From: Laetmonice hystrix
Lineage: Eukaryota
Assembly: GCA_965235115.1 (NCBI GenBank)
Contig: OZ249444.1
Location: 18,228,001 to 18,292,000 of the forward strand
Direction: 5' to 3'
Length of the DNA: 64,000 nt
Shown here: in pieces, positions 50,369 to 63,846 of the stretch
Position numbering within the stretch: the first letter of the stretch is position 1
How the letters are laid out: every line of letters starts with the position of its first letter
Program-made: the position numbers and the translations under genes
Notes under the pieces: model-generated
Seen by the model: only the letters and a program-made list of their open reading frames with translations
What the model was told of the DNA's origin: nothing
Databases searched by the model: none

Positions 50369-52863
50369 ATATATACCTCAGCCCAGCGGGCCACGTGGAC
50401 CACCAACTTTTCTACACCTATCCTGAATTGGCCCACCTCCAGGCACGTGTCGCCCAGATTCCGCTCATTCTGATGGCCACCTTCCCGGTCGCTGGCAACC
50501 ACTCTGTGAACTACCCGCTCAACGTCTCCTCAAACACAACACTCCATCACCCAGCCGAAGACTTCCCGTAGTCTGTGCAACAATGTCAAGTCACATCACT
50601 GACTTGAAACGCATTGCCAGTCAGGTTTTTACAGGCTTCTCCATTGGTTTTTAAACAGACCATGCATGAGATAACTGTACAAGCATTCCTCTCAACATCC
50701 TCTTAAGAACTTCTTACGCCAATAACTCATAACAGCATATCATCTTCCTATGAAAAAGTTTGTTTTACAGGTTTCGTGGTCTGTGTTGTCTTTGGCTTTG
50801 AATTAGCCGATAGTAAATAGAAGAGTTTATGGATCATTTACATAACTTCTGCCACAATAAGTCAGGTTGGTCGATTCCTTTCGTCTACCTCTGTCTGATA
50901 GTTATTTACACAGTTTCCTTCCTCCAGTGATTCTATACCTAACACTACTTGCCTCGGTAAATGCGTACACTGTGCCCACACACTGAACTTTACCGCTACC
51001 CTGCACAGGCTCCTTACTTTGTGGCCCATAACGTTTCCTTCTATCTACTCAACATACACGATTTTTCAGATTACATAAGGCTCATCTGTCCTCTGGGAAC
51101 CAGTCCTTATTTCCAGAGTATAAATTCCTTCCTGTTTTCAACTCCCATATTTTAAATATCACAGGTGATTTGGGCGGGGTGACTGTGCCTCTAGCTCTCT
51201 GGGCGCTAAGGGTCGCCATATCCACAGGTGTCGTGTCTCCGGAGAATAGCGCATTGGTGGCCACGGAGATTTTAAAACTGATCCCAGAACTGAGTGGTAC
51301 CTGTGCGCCACACCCATCTCATTTACATGAAAAAAAATGGGCGGAAGTATACTCTGAAATGTGAGCCAAGAACCTTTCTGAACCTTGTAGCAATCATCAC
51401 TTTCCTGGGGGTTCCCTCATGCTTCAGTTACTAGTATGTCGGTAAGGAAGGTACTACTGCAACATGGCATAGATCTCGGAGTTTGCTTTTCGCGTCCTTC
51501 CCATCCAGGTTTGAGTGAACTGCAGACCTTACTGCCAGTCACACGGGAGATCTGGGTGAATTCAAACTGACAATATCATCCAGGTCTGACAAAACAACCA
51601 GTGAAACTCATTAATTACATCAGAAATACTTTCAATTAATATACTAATATACTCTTTATACGGAATATCACCTTTATATATCCAGATGATAAATTTTGTT
51701 TACGGCATTTTAGAAAATAACCCCAGGATTAAGTGATGTCATATTGACAAACATATACTTTTCGGTTGTGAAACTGCAGTTTCGTGGACTCTTTTCCATT
51801 AGAGTCTGACAAGTTAAATTTTGATGCTAAACATATATGACTGTGTCACAAATTTGAGAAGAGATGAAAAATGTTACGTGAATCCATGGTTACTGAAAGA
51901 AGGTATCAGTTGAACATAATGCTTTAGAATAATCTGGGTAATAATTCAACAGATGTGATGATTCATGTTCATGGACAATTCCGGGCAATTACAACCAGGT
52001 ACCACCTTAATCTCCCAATACTAGTACCCAAACAAAAGATATTTCTGGAACTACAAACAGTTCAATTACTTGTTGATCTAATTTCAAACTGGACCAGCCG
52101 ATCATGTTTTTGATGATGCACGATCGAAATGTGTACAGTTACTTTTATTTCTCCCAGGTCAGGGCAATGTAACCTAAAACACCTTGACTAACAACTGATG
52201 AATCACCACGCAATGTCAGACAAACCAGCAATCGGGAGCCCTTTAAAACTTAATGCTCGGAGGAAACAGTTGAGAATCGATGGCAACTTCAGACATTATG
52301 GATGTGAACGTATAATTAGCCCTGAGCAACCTGAGAGCAATATGGGGGCACCATTCATTGTTGTCGCGGTGCTAGACCAGACAAGGGGCCAATTACGTGC
52401 CGATCTCGCCCTAATTTCAGAACTCGTGAAAAATCAGGCCCTTTTTGAGGGAAAACACTTAGGATCAATAATTTGAGCTGAATTTTGAATTATGCAATAA
52501 TGACGAAACAAGAACTTTCAGCAGCTCAAAGTGTACGGTAATGATCCAGCAATCCTAATGCAGTGAAAAAAGAATGTCGTTAATAACATTCAATGTACTT
52601 TAGGCATGGAAACAATAACTAATTCAATAAGACTATAAATGTTCGAACTAACAAAGGTCCTGCAGCCAACAAAATGTTAAACTCGATTGAATACTCCCAT
52701 TTTATAATCATCGTACTTAAGACGGGCTCTAATAGTGACATTAGAATTCCTTCTAATTGTATTTACTTTTAATCACAATGAACAATCTGCCAAATTAAGA
52801 ATTCAAGTTTCGTTTCTTTCCTTGATGGTATTTCAAAACTATTAATTATGGTCTGCCTAGTTT

Positions 52864-52897
52864 GTTGCCATGGCACCAAACGCATTACCATAGCAAC
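52864..52897. promoter_or_regulatory. Paired RFX X-box-like motifs
   Basis: gttgccatggcacc (52864-52877) and attaccatagcaac (52884-52897) in inverted orientation. Confidence 0.35.
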
Positions 52898-53226
52898 AAA
52901 AGCTCTAGTCCCAAGTGTCTCAATGCTATATGTGCAACTGTTTTGCCTTAAAGCTAATCTTAAGGAGCAATCGTTATTAATTTAATAGAAAAACGAAAGA
53001 AAACATCAATATCAGCAATAAACTGCTACACTGAAGATTTCTCATACATTATCTCCTACATAAATCACCTAATGGATGATTGTCACAGACCTATTACTTT
53101 AAAGCAAGAGTTGAACTGGTCATACACAATACAATGGGAGGGTGACTTTGTATTCTACCGGTTCTTAAGGCATTAAGGGGCACCGTACGTTTGACTTGGA
53201 AAGGAACAATGAATAACAAAGGTACC

Positions 53227-53672
53227 TTAACCAAAAACAGTTCTGTGGAGTTAAGAGGGTCAGATGTTAACCAAAAACAGTTCTGTGGAGTTAAGAGGGT
53301 CAGATGTAAACCAAAAACAGTTCTGTGGAGTTAAGAGGGTCAGATGTTAACCAAAAACAGTTCTGTGGAGTTAAGAGGGTCAGATGTAAACCAAAAACAG
53401 TTCTGTGGAGTTAAGAGGGTCAGATGTTAACCAATAACAGTTCTGTGGAGTTAAGAGGGTCAGATGTTAACCAAAAACAGTTCTGTGGAGTTAAGAGGGT
53501 CAGATGTTAACCAAAAACAGTTCTGTGGAGTTAAGAGGGTCAGATGTTAACCAAAAACAGTTCTGTGGAGTTAAGAGGGTCAGATGTTAACCAAAAACAG
53601 TTCTGTGGAGTTAAGAGGGTCAGATGTTAACCAAAAACAGTTCTGTGGAGTTAAGAGGGTCAGATGTTAACC
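53227..53672. repeat. 40-bp minisatellite, 11 copies
   Basis: Unit ttaaccaaaaacagttctgtggagttaagagggtcagatg. The array begins and ends with ttaacc. Confidence 0.98.
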
Positions 53673-56600
53673 GTCAGTTTAGAAACCGTATCTCCTTTGT
53701 AAATTTTAGGATCACGTGAAAGAGACAAATGTGCTCCATTAAGACTCCAAATGATTGCACTTTCTTGTTGTCTGTATCAAATCATTATCAAAGTTTGCCG
53801 TTTTCTATGTGACAGATGGTTCCACTTTCAGTGAACAATGTATTGGAAGACGAAACAAGAAACATCGCCAAATTTGCTTCAAAACCCAAACCGAGGCAGT
53901 GCAATCCGTCTTAAAGTAATGAAAACTAACGGCAGTCCCGAACTTCGTAAATACGTAACTCGGCGAATGACTTTCTTTAGCCCTGCCCGAGTTTCCAACA
54001 AGAATCCTTCAAATGAGTCGATTCACTTTCCGAGTCATGTTGCGTCAACTTTAGCGGTACTAGCTCGGTCATCATCTGGACCCTGGAGGTCCGAATGAAT
54101 CGTGATCCACTTCTAGTGATATTCCTACTTGGAATTCTGAGCCACTCGATTGATCCTGTTGACCGAAGGTGCCCCAGGATGAAGGCTACCGCAAAAAAAG
54201 GGGGTCCCTTTCAGCGGCAGGGGGGTGGCCTAATCAGAACTGTGATTGGGCGTCGTGTTTGCGGCAAACAGTCCAATTCAGACCGCAGCCACATGTAGGC
54301 CCTGATTGGATTAGATGCCTTCACCAACACATGACAAGCTCAATTTGGACGGGTGGTGCAGTCCCCCCGATATTTCATGCCGGCGAGCTGTGTCTAACGG
54401 AGTGGGGCCTTTTTAACACCTCCGACGACGTACAACATCCTTTGGTGCGATCAACCTCTCTGGCCTTCTTACAGTGGTGCTAAATTACGAGGCCTGATCC
54501 TACACAATCCACCTTAAAGCATGCGATAATCAATCAGACACCAAGTGTGCGTGTTACAATTTGTCTGTGTTAGGCTGCAATTTACAGCCATTGAGCCAAT
54601 TTCAGCTGACACCTTCCCACAAAAACCTTACGGTGAGGACTTGCGTGCTGAGGTTTCCCTCCTAATGGACGTATAGAACCTGCTTCATCGGTATGCTGGC
54701 CTTCCGGATTTGCAATTCTCGGTGTCAGTGAAGTTTCCCTCGCACAGATGCTGATTTGGTACTTTGCTCGACTTGAATTGCTCCGCTTCAGACGGAGGAG
54801 CGCAAACTTTGCTTCAATACGTACTCATTGAGGTCGTTCATGACCTCGGCCAAAAACAGCCAGCCATGCAACCAGTGAGACGGTGTCACTGCAGACAGCA
54901 GGAATCCTGCAGTCCACTGCTTCATCTGTCCACAAGTGGGTCTCACGGGTCAGCAGCCAACGGCTCCTGTTTGGGGAACACAGAACAACGCAACCATCAC
55001 AGCATACATTCCACTTGATTAATTAAAGATGTCTCCCTTCAGCCCCACTGGACCTGTTGATAAATACCGAACCCTCCCTTCGACTCTCGTCTTTGCTCTC
55101 ACTACAAGACTCAGATCCCTGGTCCAATACAAACTGTAAAAAGATCCACACATGGGGGCGACAGGCAAGGCTCCATGACAGACACACCATCTCCTTTTCT
55201 TTGATGACAACATATCGAATATCATCAAATGCAAGTGTTCTGTTTTCTCAGCTGGAAAATCCCTCCAAGGAAGGGACAAACGACAGGGAACGTTGCCTTG
55301 GGTATGTAATTGCTGCAATCAAATACTGTTATCAAGCTGAAATTTAATTTATTGCTTCAAGAGACAAACAATATAGATTTGGATGTTGGAATTTTAGTTT
55401 TCTGTCCATCCCCTGAAGGCTGCCGTCAAAATGACACTGTACGGGATTGAAATGTTCCACCGGAAAAAATACAGAGAATATGAGATTTGTTGAGTTTATT
55501 CTGCATACAACAAAACGACGACAGAATCAGGCCTGCCTGGTTTATAGCGTAATGATATGATATACTAGAAGCGGTGTAGTGTGTTTCAACCACCATGGTA
55601 GGACTACAAGATGGCATATGTTGAGACCGTCAGAGAGTGAGACTCACGCTGAGCCGGCGGTGCGGTGCCTACTACTGTACCTACCGGCAGCGTGCTGTTT
55701 CTACCGGCCGGCTGATGGTGCCCACTGAGGCATGGCGTGACGTCCTGGGTGGGCTACATCAGCAGCCCATCACCTCTCTCATCTGGAGGCCTCAACACTC
55801 TGCATCCCTTTGACATTCACTCTCCGCACCACCCTGGCACTCCACAGTCACCGCTAACCAGTTTTCCAGACATATTTGAGTCTCATTTAGGGACTAAACA
55901 TAGCAGCCTCCCCGCAACATGCACACCAGTTTCCAGGGGAACACTTAAAGGGTCATGAAATGTGGTAGGTCATGCAGTCATTTTTTATCATCAAAACAGC
56001 ACAAAAAGTTTATAATCTCTACTCTTTTTCCATGTTCTCACGAATGCCTATTCAAAGTTAGTTGCAAAAGTTTAAAAGTTTGAGTCCAATGCACTACTCG
56101 GATTATACAGTCTACATATCTGCATCAAATAATATACTTTTAATTAGGTATTACCATTTATTTCCATGAGACTTGTTTTGGATATACCTTCATATCTCAC
56201 CATACAGCACCATCTTTGTGTTAAGCTTCCGTCGATTTCACCCATCTAGCTTTCTAAACCAGGGCCTCTCTCAATCTAAACTGACAATCTTTGTAACTTT
56301 GATCAATATTCCATAGATTTCACGATTTACTTTACATTATGGATTGATCTTCTCCGTACAAGAATTGCTTATATAGGGTCTGGGCGCTGGAGAGCCTAAT
56401 GACACAAGCCACAGCCGTGCCCTATTGATCAGGTTCCTAGACCGCCAGCACGTACTTAGGTGATGGATTTTAAATTGGCAAAACGATCCCATTAACACGG
56501 TGGCACTATTACATAACCTTTATCCCCCTAGCGGCAGAGCACTGATACCAACGTCTAGCCAGCAGCCCCTGCACGGCACTGGGGACATGCGTGGTGAAAC

Positions 56601-56775
56601 CTACGGCTCAAGGTGACTTCCCAACACGCATTAACTTCTCCCACCGGCCTCCTTAATGGGCCAAGGAGGCCTGAGTCGGCAGGCGTGGTATCATGAGTTC
56701 ACGTCTAGACCGGCCAGAGAATGCAGGTATGTGTGGGCCGGACTAATGACGAGTGCTGGCCGGCGGGACAGGTAA

Positions 56776-56850
56776 TGGGCCCTGGTGGGCTGGGAGGTGG
56801 GCCGTGGTGGGGTGGGGGTCCCCTGACTGGCCCACCATCACCAGGGCCCA
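56776..56850. other. GC-rich extended hairpin
   Basis: tgggccctggtg (56776-56787) pairs with caccagggccca (56839-56850); ggtgggcc (56796-56803) pairs with ggcccacc (56829-56836). Confidence 0.6.
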
Positions 56851-57200
56851 CGCACGATCCACCCCTAGGATCTAGCCATTCACACACGGTGATTCCGAAC
56901 TGTCGGCACTCCACCTTAATGTGATTGAGATTTAGACCATTCATAATTATTGCCAGGGCATTATTGCTTCCAGAAAATACTACTTGCACGCAAAGCGTTC
57001 AAAATATTTCAACAATTAAACATAGAGGTATCAAATAACTATTCCACCCCCTTCAAAATAATCTAAAATAAGACTGAAATAACATCCTTTAGAAGATGAA
57101 CTCCAGACTTATTAATACAGAAGGGTATGGAAATCATGAAAGATGAGCTGGAAGTGATTTTACAACAGTTCTCCAATTTTCTACGTAACTGTTGCAGTAT

Positions 57201-57256
57201 TGTTGTCATGGTTACCCCGTGAACCCTGGATCACCAACATGATATCCATGACAACA
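57201..57256. promoter_or_regulatory. Inverted pair of X-box-like motifs / 11-bp inverted repeat
   Basis: tgttgtcatgg (57201-57211) is the reverse complement of ccatgacaaca (57246-57256). The left arm extends to gttgtcatggttac. Confidence 0.35.
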
Positions 57257-60200
57257 GAATCACGTTAGTTATCCGGGAAATGAGACTCATCTTTCTGCGT
57301 GATGCAGCTAACCGACTGAGCGCACTGAGTCACCATCATCAAAGGGGTTTTTCACACCTCCCAGTCCGAAATAGGTCCCGGCCCCTGTCTTAACAACCCT
57401 AGAAATTCCACCACGATGTACACAGACAACCTGGAGATGTCGAAATGCTATCAGGATGATTAAAATTTGACTGTGTTCCTGAGACAAATTAAAGTCTGAT
57501 GCGACCAAATTGATATACACATTGCCACAAGGTTCAAGTAGGAAAATGATAATTTTGTCATTCCGTGCAAGCTCCACAGGCTGTCGATTTAGATCTCAAA
57601 CTTGCTGAAACATTTAATAATTTAATGTGGTTTGAGAAGCAGGAGCCACAAGTACATGAACTAGTAATTCCTAAAGTCAGAGTTTACTAACTCGCGGCCT
57701 ATATGATGTGATATGATAACTGAAACTTGATACCAACCTTGTGTATCATAGTTTGAACATGACATAACGCAGGCTTAAAAAGGTAATTAATTACGAATCA
57801 TATATCTGCCACACTGGGGAATAATATAGGCTACCTCCTCCTTGTAAGCTCCCGTATCCATTGAAATATATCTTTCCATAACTATAGTTTCTTGCCAAAA
57901 TATGAAGTAAAGGACACAAAAATACCTCTTCATCCTTTGCCGGTGTAATATTTCAGAAGGTGAAATAGAAAAGAGGGTGAAGAATAAGGAGACGTAATCT
58001 CCTGGCGAACAATGACCGGGAAGAGAACGTGCATGGATGAGTGCGGTGAAGAGAAAAATAAACAACTTTCAGTCTTTCAACAGTTCCTAAGTTTTGATTT
58101 TAAAAATTCCTCTCCATGACTTCGCCTATGAGTTCGAGAATAACTTCACTAAATTGAGCGTAGTGCATACGCTGCCCTGCCATTATTAGTTTTATATTTA
58201 CGCTGGGAGGCACTGTAATTTCTATGTACAGTGGTATGTTCTATAGTGATTGACATCAGTGCTTTCACCAAATGACGTGCCATCAGTTCCATTATGTCGC
58301 GATAAAAGATAGCGACTGGCAGATCCTCCACTCTGTTGGAATGGAAGTAAGAAACAACCTGCATGCTGTTAGGTGGCCACAATTTTCTCACAGCTTAATT
58401 GACAAGAAAAATGCCATCTTCAATTACATCCGTAAATGTGTATCAATTATCGCCAACAAGCACGTTCTAAAATAATAGCAGCCTTCCATGTATGACTTAA
58501 TTGGTTTTTCTGCCCAAGAAAAGTGCCGGGAAGCTGGGCAAACCCAGGCAACAACATCAGATATAAAAGCATCCGCCGCAGTGCATCTCCATTCTCAATG
58601 TTATTCTGGAATGTAGGCTAAATGTGCGCTAAGGGCATTCCTTTTCCGCTATTAACACCAGAGAATGCCAAGTCCTAATCAATATGCATGGCGGGTGCAG
58701 ACAGCGCATCAATAGACAAATAACGCATCATATTATCCTCCCCTCTTAAAGTGCTTCAGTCACATGTTTGCATTTGGGGAAGTGATGCTATCCACTTGTA
58801 TCGATGAAACGCAACTCGGGCCAACGTGTTGCATTGTTGTACAGAGCGGGAACACTTGGGCCGTCGCGTTAAGTGCTACACCCCACGACAACCTCCTCAG
58901 ATGTTTGCAGTGACAGAGAAGGTGAATAACTAGATCTTCTCACCTAACGTAGTCTCCCGAATACCGATGGTACGCTTTGTAATTCACGCAATAGTTCTCC
59001 GACTCTGTGGGCCTTGAAATGCAACCCCAACCTTTCCTAAAGCTGAAGACAATTTTCTTCCCACTCTTCAGATAACTGATACGTTCAAGATTCAACAGCA
59101 TCGTAACACTGAACAGGTCGGAGAACACGAAATTACCGGCTCATAATACCACAGACCTTTACATTACAGTGCCACAGGCCATCACCTAGCTTTACCTCAG
59201 GATATGTAACGTATGGGGTATCCTTAATATGGCAATTACTAAAGGAATTTTCTGAATATTTTGTAATAGGTTTTATTTTGCAGAGTTCTGAACAAGATGA
59301 ACTTGCACAACTTTCATTCTGGCCTACCGGTAATTTTCAGAAGTTTCATTAGGCAAAATATATGTGACTCAGTAATAAGATTATTAGTCTGTTACGTTCA
59401 TATTTATAATGTCTTTCAAGCATTACCTATATTACAATGCACAGAAAAGGACAGTACTCTTAATATCATGATCAAAGCATACGATAACACAACGTTGTTC
59501 TACTCTCCTCCCTTACCACCTTTCATTATAGCATGTTGAAACAGCCCCAGCCATTTATAAGAACGCTATACGAAAATGTAGACCTGAACGATGATTTTTC
59601 TGTCCATTCTTACTTCCTTACATATACCAGTGCCGAGTGGGGATGTTCAAGGTACATCAGCATTAAAAGAAAATGACACCAAAGTGCAAACGTAACATGA
59701 TTACAAGACATGTGCACGCCGAGCATCATGCACAGGCGACCTTGTATGTTTGCCTGACGACAGTGTTCGTGTCAACCACTGGTAAACTAGAGAGTAACTC
59801 ATGTAATATTTGACATTGCTACATCGATTCCCTTCCCTCGCCCCAGACTTCACCACATGGGTATTCTAACACTATAATGGGCTCAGATTTGAGGTTAAAT
59901 GTAATATCCGAAATATTTGCATGGCGAGAGCTCCTTACAAAACTCGCTCCTGAGACAGACACTATTTGACTTGGTAAATGTCGACTGTAGGCCGTGGACG
60001 TAACCTCACGTCAGGCGGTTTTAAACAAGGCCCTGACAGATCTGCTAATCAGAGATTGAGCCGATTGCCTGGACCAGCACTAAATCAGGTGAGTACGTCA
60101 CGCCATGTAGAACAAACAACAATGGTTTCATTGTGCAACACGACCTCGACTCATTACCTTTAAAACAATGCCCATAATTGGTCAATTATCTAGGCTTTTG

Positions 60201-62786
60201 CATGCCATCAACATCAAAAGCTGCCTAATCACCTGTTCAGGTAAACATGTACATTGTATGTCTCTAATGATCACCAGAATTTTGTCTACGCCGTACAAAG
60301 ACGATTTTTCAGAACAAAGGAACCGTCTTTGGGGCCCATTGATGAACCTGGATTAAAGATAACAGCACAGAAAACCCATGACTTCATATCCTTCAAGCAA
60401 TATGGTCACATGAAGGAATGAAAAGTTTATAAAGATGTCGATAGCCCTTCATAGATCAGGCGTAGCCCAAGGCAGTCTGTTGGTGCACTGCGTGCAGTGC
60501 CAGTGTTTGCCTCAAACATCTTGCCACCGAGTCGCAGGTGGTTGTTTGGGTAATTGCAAACAGAAAGAGATCGAACAGGAGATAAGTCTAACGGAACTAG
60601 GAAGATTTACTGACGGTTACTGGCAGCCGCTGTAAAACAGACCTTGTCAGGGCTGTGATTGGGGTCAAATATAGGTGACCAACGTAAGCAAATATAGATA
60701 CAACGCCAACCACCAACATTCTTATCACTTCAAATATTTATATGTGAAATTAACAGAACTATGCATACTGAAGACAACAGACACATAAAAATACCGCTGT
60801 CTGTCACTAGAATGACCGTTTCAGATCAATAATTTTAGCAGTTCCACATCGTTTCTTGAAATATGTTCCACTGAAAACCGACCTGCATCTATGAAGGAAA
60901 GACCTATTCACTACCTGTACCTTACCTAACTTCGTACCTGTCTGTCAGGTCAAATCCTGCTAGTTCATCCTCAGTGATTAGCTATCGAACTTAGAACATC
61001 GCCAAACGCTGGCCATGGCCTTCTGACCTTTCGGGACATGACCTTGGAGCCTTAAAATGGATCAGATCCTCCAGAAATAAACTTTACGAGTCACGTGATT
61101 AAAGCCGAGCAATCTTATACTCATTTTTCCAGTTGCCAGTCAGAAAAACGACTTTAATGAAATCATTGCTTACTCATTGGTAAACATGGAAACACGTGTG
61201 ATACCCCCCTGATGACATCCATGGCCTACAGCATTCTTACACCCGCGTCTTCATTTGCATAAATCTCATATCCTTTTCTCCCAAGGCAAAAACAAAAGCT
61301 GATGGCGAGGAAGGCATTGAATTTCAATGAAAACTTCATGATTTTCCTTGGAGTGATTCACGTTGTATTGTGGGAGGTTGTGACAGCTGGGGTAGGTTGC
61401 TGTCATGTCAGATGACCTTTTTATCTCCACACCAGAGTGTTAGGATCGGGAGTTACGGGTTGGTGAATCGTCCGGCCTGGCAGAGATCGACTGTCATTCA
61501 TTGATAAACACATAACACTATTGTCCACTCTCACCATCATTGATCAATTCAACAATACAAGCTGGAATTAAACTTCCGACATACACGGCGCCTCCACTGC
61601 AACAACTGCATGAAGTGAGAAAAATACAACTTATCGACGTTTATCAGACGGTGGACGGCCTGACATGTTTGGGATGATGGAATGCCACAGTCTATATTCT
61701 AATTCAATGATTGAATCCATTATCCGAAACAAAAGAATGCAATAATCCATTATTGTTTTACAGACACTCCACTGAACACTAATTGTATATTCAATTCCAT
61801 CTATCAAGTGAACATAGAACAGCTTTTTCTCCACATCAACAAAAAACTTTATGATCTGTAGACTGATAACCACAGCCAGGGGCATCAGTTGAATAGATGC
61901 CTTTGGTAAGGTGCCTGATTGGTAAAAATGTCGAGGAGAAAAAAAAACACACACCCGATGCGAACTTAATACAAAGGCCTCCAAGGTGTAAATTAAGGAA
62001 TTCTGTAACTCGCTGGTACACTTCCTTGCCCAGAGCAACCACATCAATCAGAGTCTATCCAATTACATGCTTAACAGATTATGTGTCTATTCTTTATACA
62101 ATTGACGACTGATATTCAATTCTCCTACAATGTTTCTTGTATGTGATGACAGATAGCGGAATAATCGATGTCTACTTTATTCTAACAATACATTTTTAAC
62201 AGGTAAAATAATATTTCTTCCGGCTCAATATAGCCACTTCAATGCTGAGTATATATTGCCCTCGGCTGTACAATGTTTGTACTAAGTCCACTATGCCCTC
62301 TCGGTTTCAAGTCCACACCGGACTTGCACTACTAACTTTGATAACCGTATATTGCCCGTATATATCCCTATACTATGATTCAAATACTACGAAGCCTTTT
62401 GTTAAACCGGTACGATTCAAGAACAGGGATCAGTATCACGCCATCCGAATTATTGAAAGAAACTATAGAAAATCAGTGCAAACTCAGCCGCTGTAAACCC
62501 GAGTTATTGTCCGCGTGCCGTCAGCACACCTGTACGGACCAGATGACATACTTCTCATGACAAGATCAAACACGTTGTCAACAGGATCAGACCCAGCCTC
62601 CCGGAAATCACAATAGGATCAAACCAGTGCCTGGCGTCGCCGGCGGTTCGGGGAGGTCTGGTTAACAGGCCTGTGAATGGTCCATCGATAGGTCGGCAGT
62701 TGGTGGGTTCTCACCCCACCCCCACCCCGACCAGTCACCACGTGTCCCCAGGCTGCACCAACCTAATCACAACATCCTGGCCCAAA

Positions 62787-63846
62787 CTACATCTCAACCC
62801 ATACAATAACATCATGACCAATACTACAACATCTCAACCCATACAACAACATCCTGACCAATACTACAACATCTCAACCCATACAACAACATCCTGATCA
62901 ATACAACAACATCTCAACCCATACAACAACATCCTGACCAATACTACAACATCTCAACCCATACAACAACATTCTGATCAATACAACATCTCAACCCATA
63001 CAACAACATCCTGACCAATACTACAACATCTCAACCCATACAACAACATCCTGACCAATACTACAACATCTCAACCCATACAATAACATCCTGACCAATA
63101 CTACAACATCTCAACCCATACAATAACATCCTGACCAATACTACAACATCTCAACCCATACAACAACATCCTGACCAATACTACAACATCTCAACCCATA
63201 CAACAACATCCTGACCAATACTACAACATCTCAACCCATACAACAACATCCTGACCTATAGGTCTACAACATCTCAACCCATACAACAACATCCTGACCA
63301 ATACTACAACATCTCAACCCATACAACAACATCCTGACCAATACTACAACATCTCAACCCATACAACAACATCCTGACCAATACTACAACATCTCAACCC
63401 ATACAACAACATCCTGACCAATACTACAACATCTCAACCCATACAACAACATCCTGACCAATAATACAACATCTCAACCCATACAACAACATCCTGACCA
63501 ATACTACAACATCTCAACCCATACAACAACATCCTGACCAATACTACAACATCTCAACCCATACAACAACATCTGAACCCATACAATAACATCCTGACCA
63601 ATACTACAACATCTCAACCCATACAATAACATCCTGACCAACACTACAACATCTCAACCCATACAATAACATCCTGACCAATACTACAACATCTCAACCC
63701 ATACAATAACATCCTGACCAACACTACAACATATCAACCCATACAATAACATCCTGACCAATACTACAACATCTCAACCCATACAACAACATCCTGACCA
63801 ATACTACAACATCTCAACCCATACAACAACATCCTGACCAATACTA
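62787..63846. repeat. 40-bp A/C-rich minisatellite, about 26 copies
   Basis: Unit caacatctcaacccatacaacaacatcctgaccaatacta, with only one G per unit on the plus strand. Confidence 0.98.

Noticed and set aside
50381-50570. ATFPVAGNH resembling the metallophosphoesterase GNH motif
   Set aside because: There is no acidic residue after GNH, the frame ends shortly after, and the apparent codon bias can be explained by C-richness of the strand.
55634-55812. GRLMVPTEAWRDVLGGLHQ resembling a Gypsy integrase zinc-binding segment
   Set aside because: The catalytic His/Cys pattern, flanking pol motifs and LTRs are absent.
55946-56150. ttaaagggtcatgaaatg as a Kolobok-like left end
   Set aside because: No matching right end was found.
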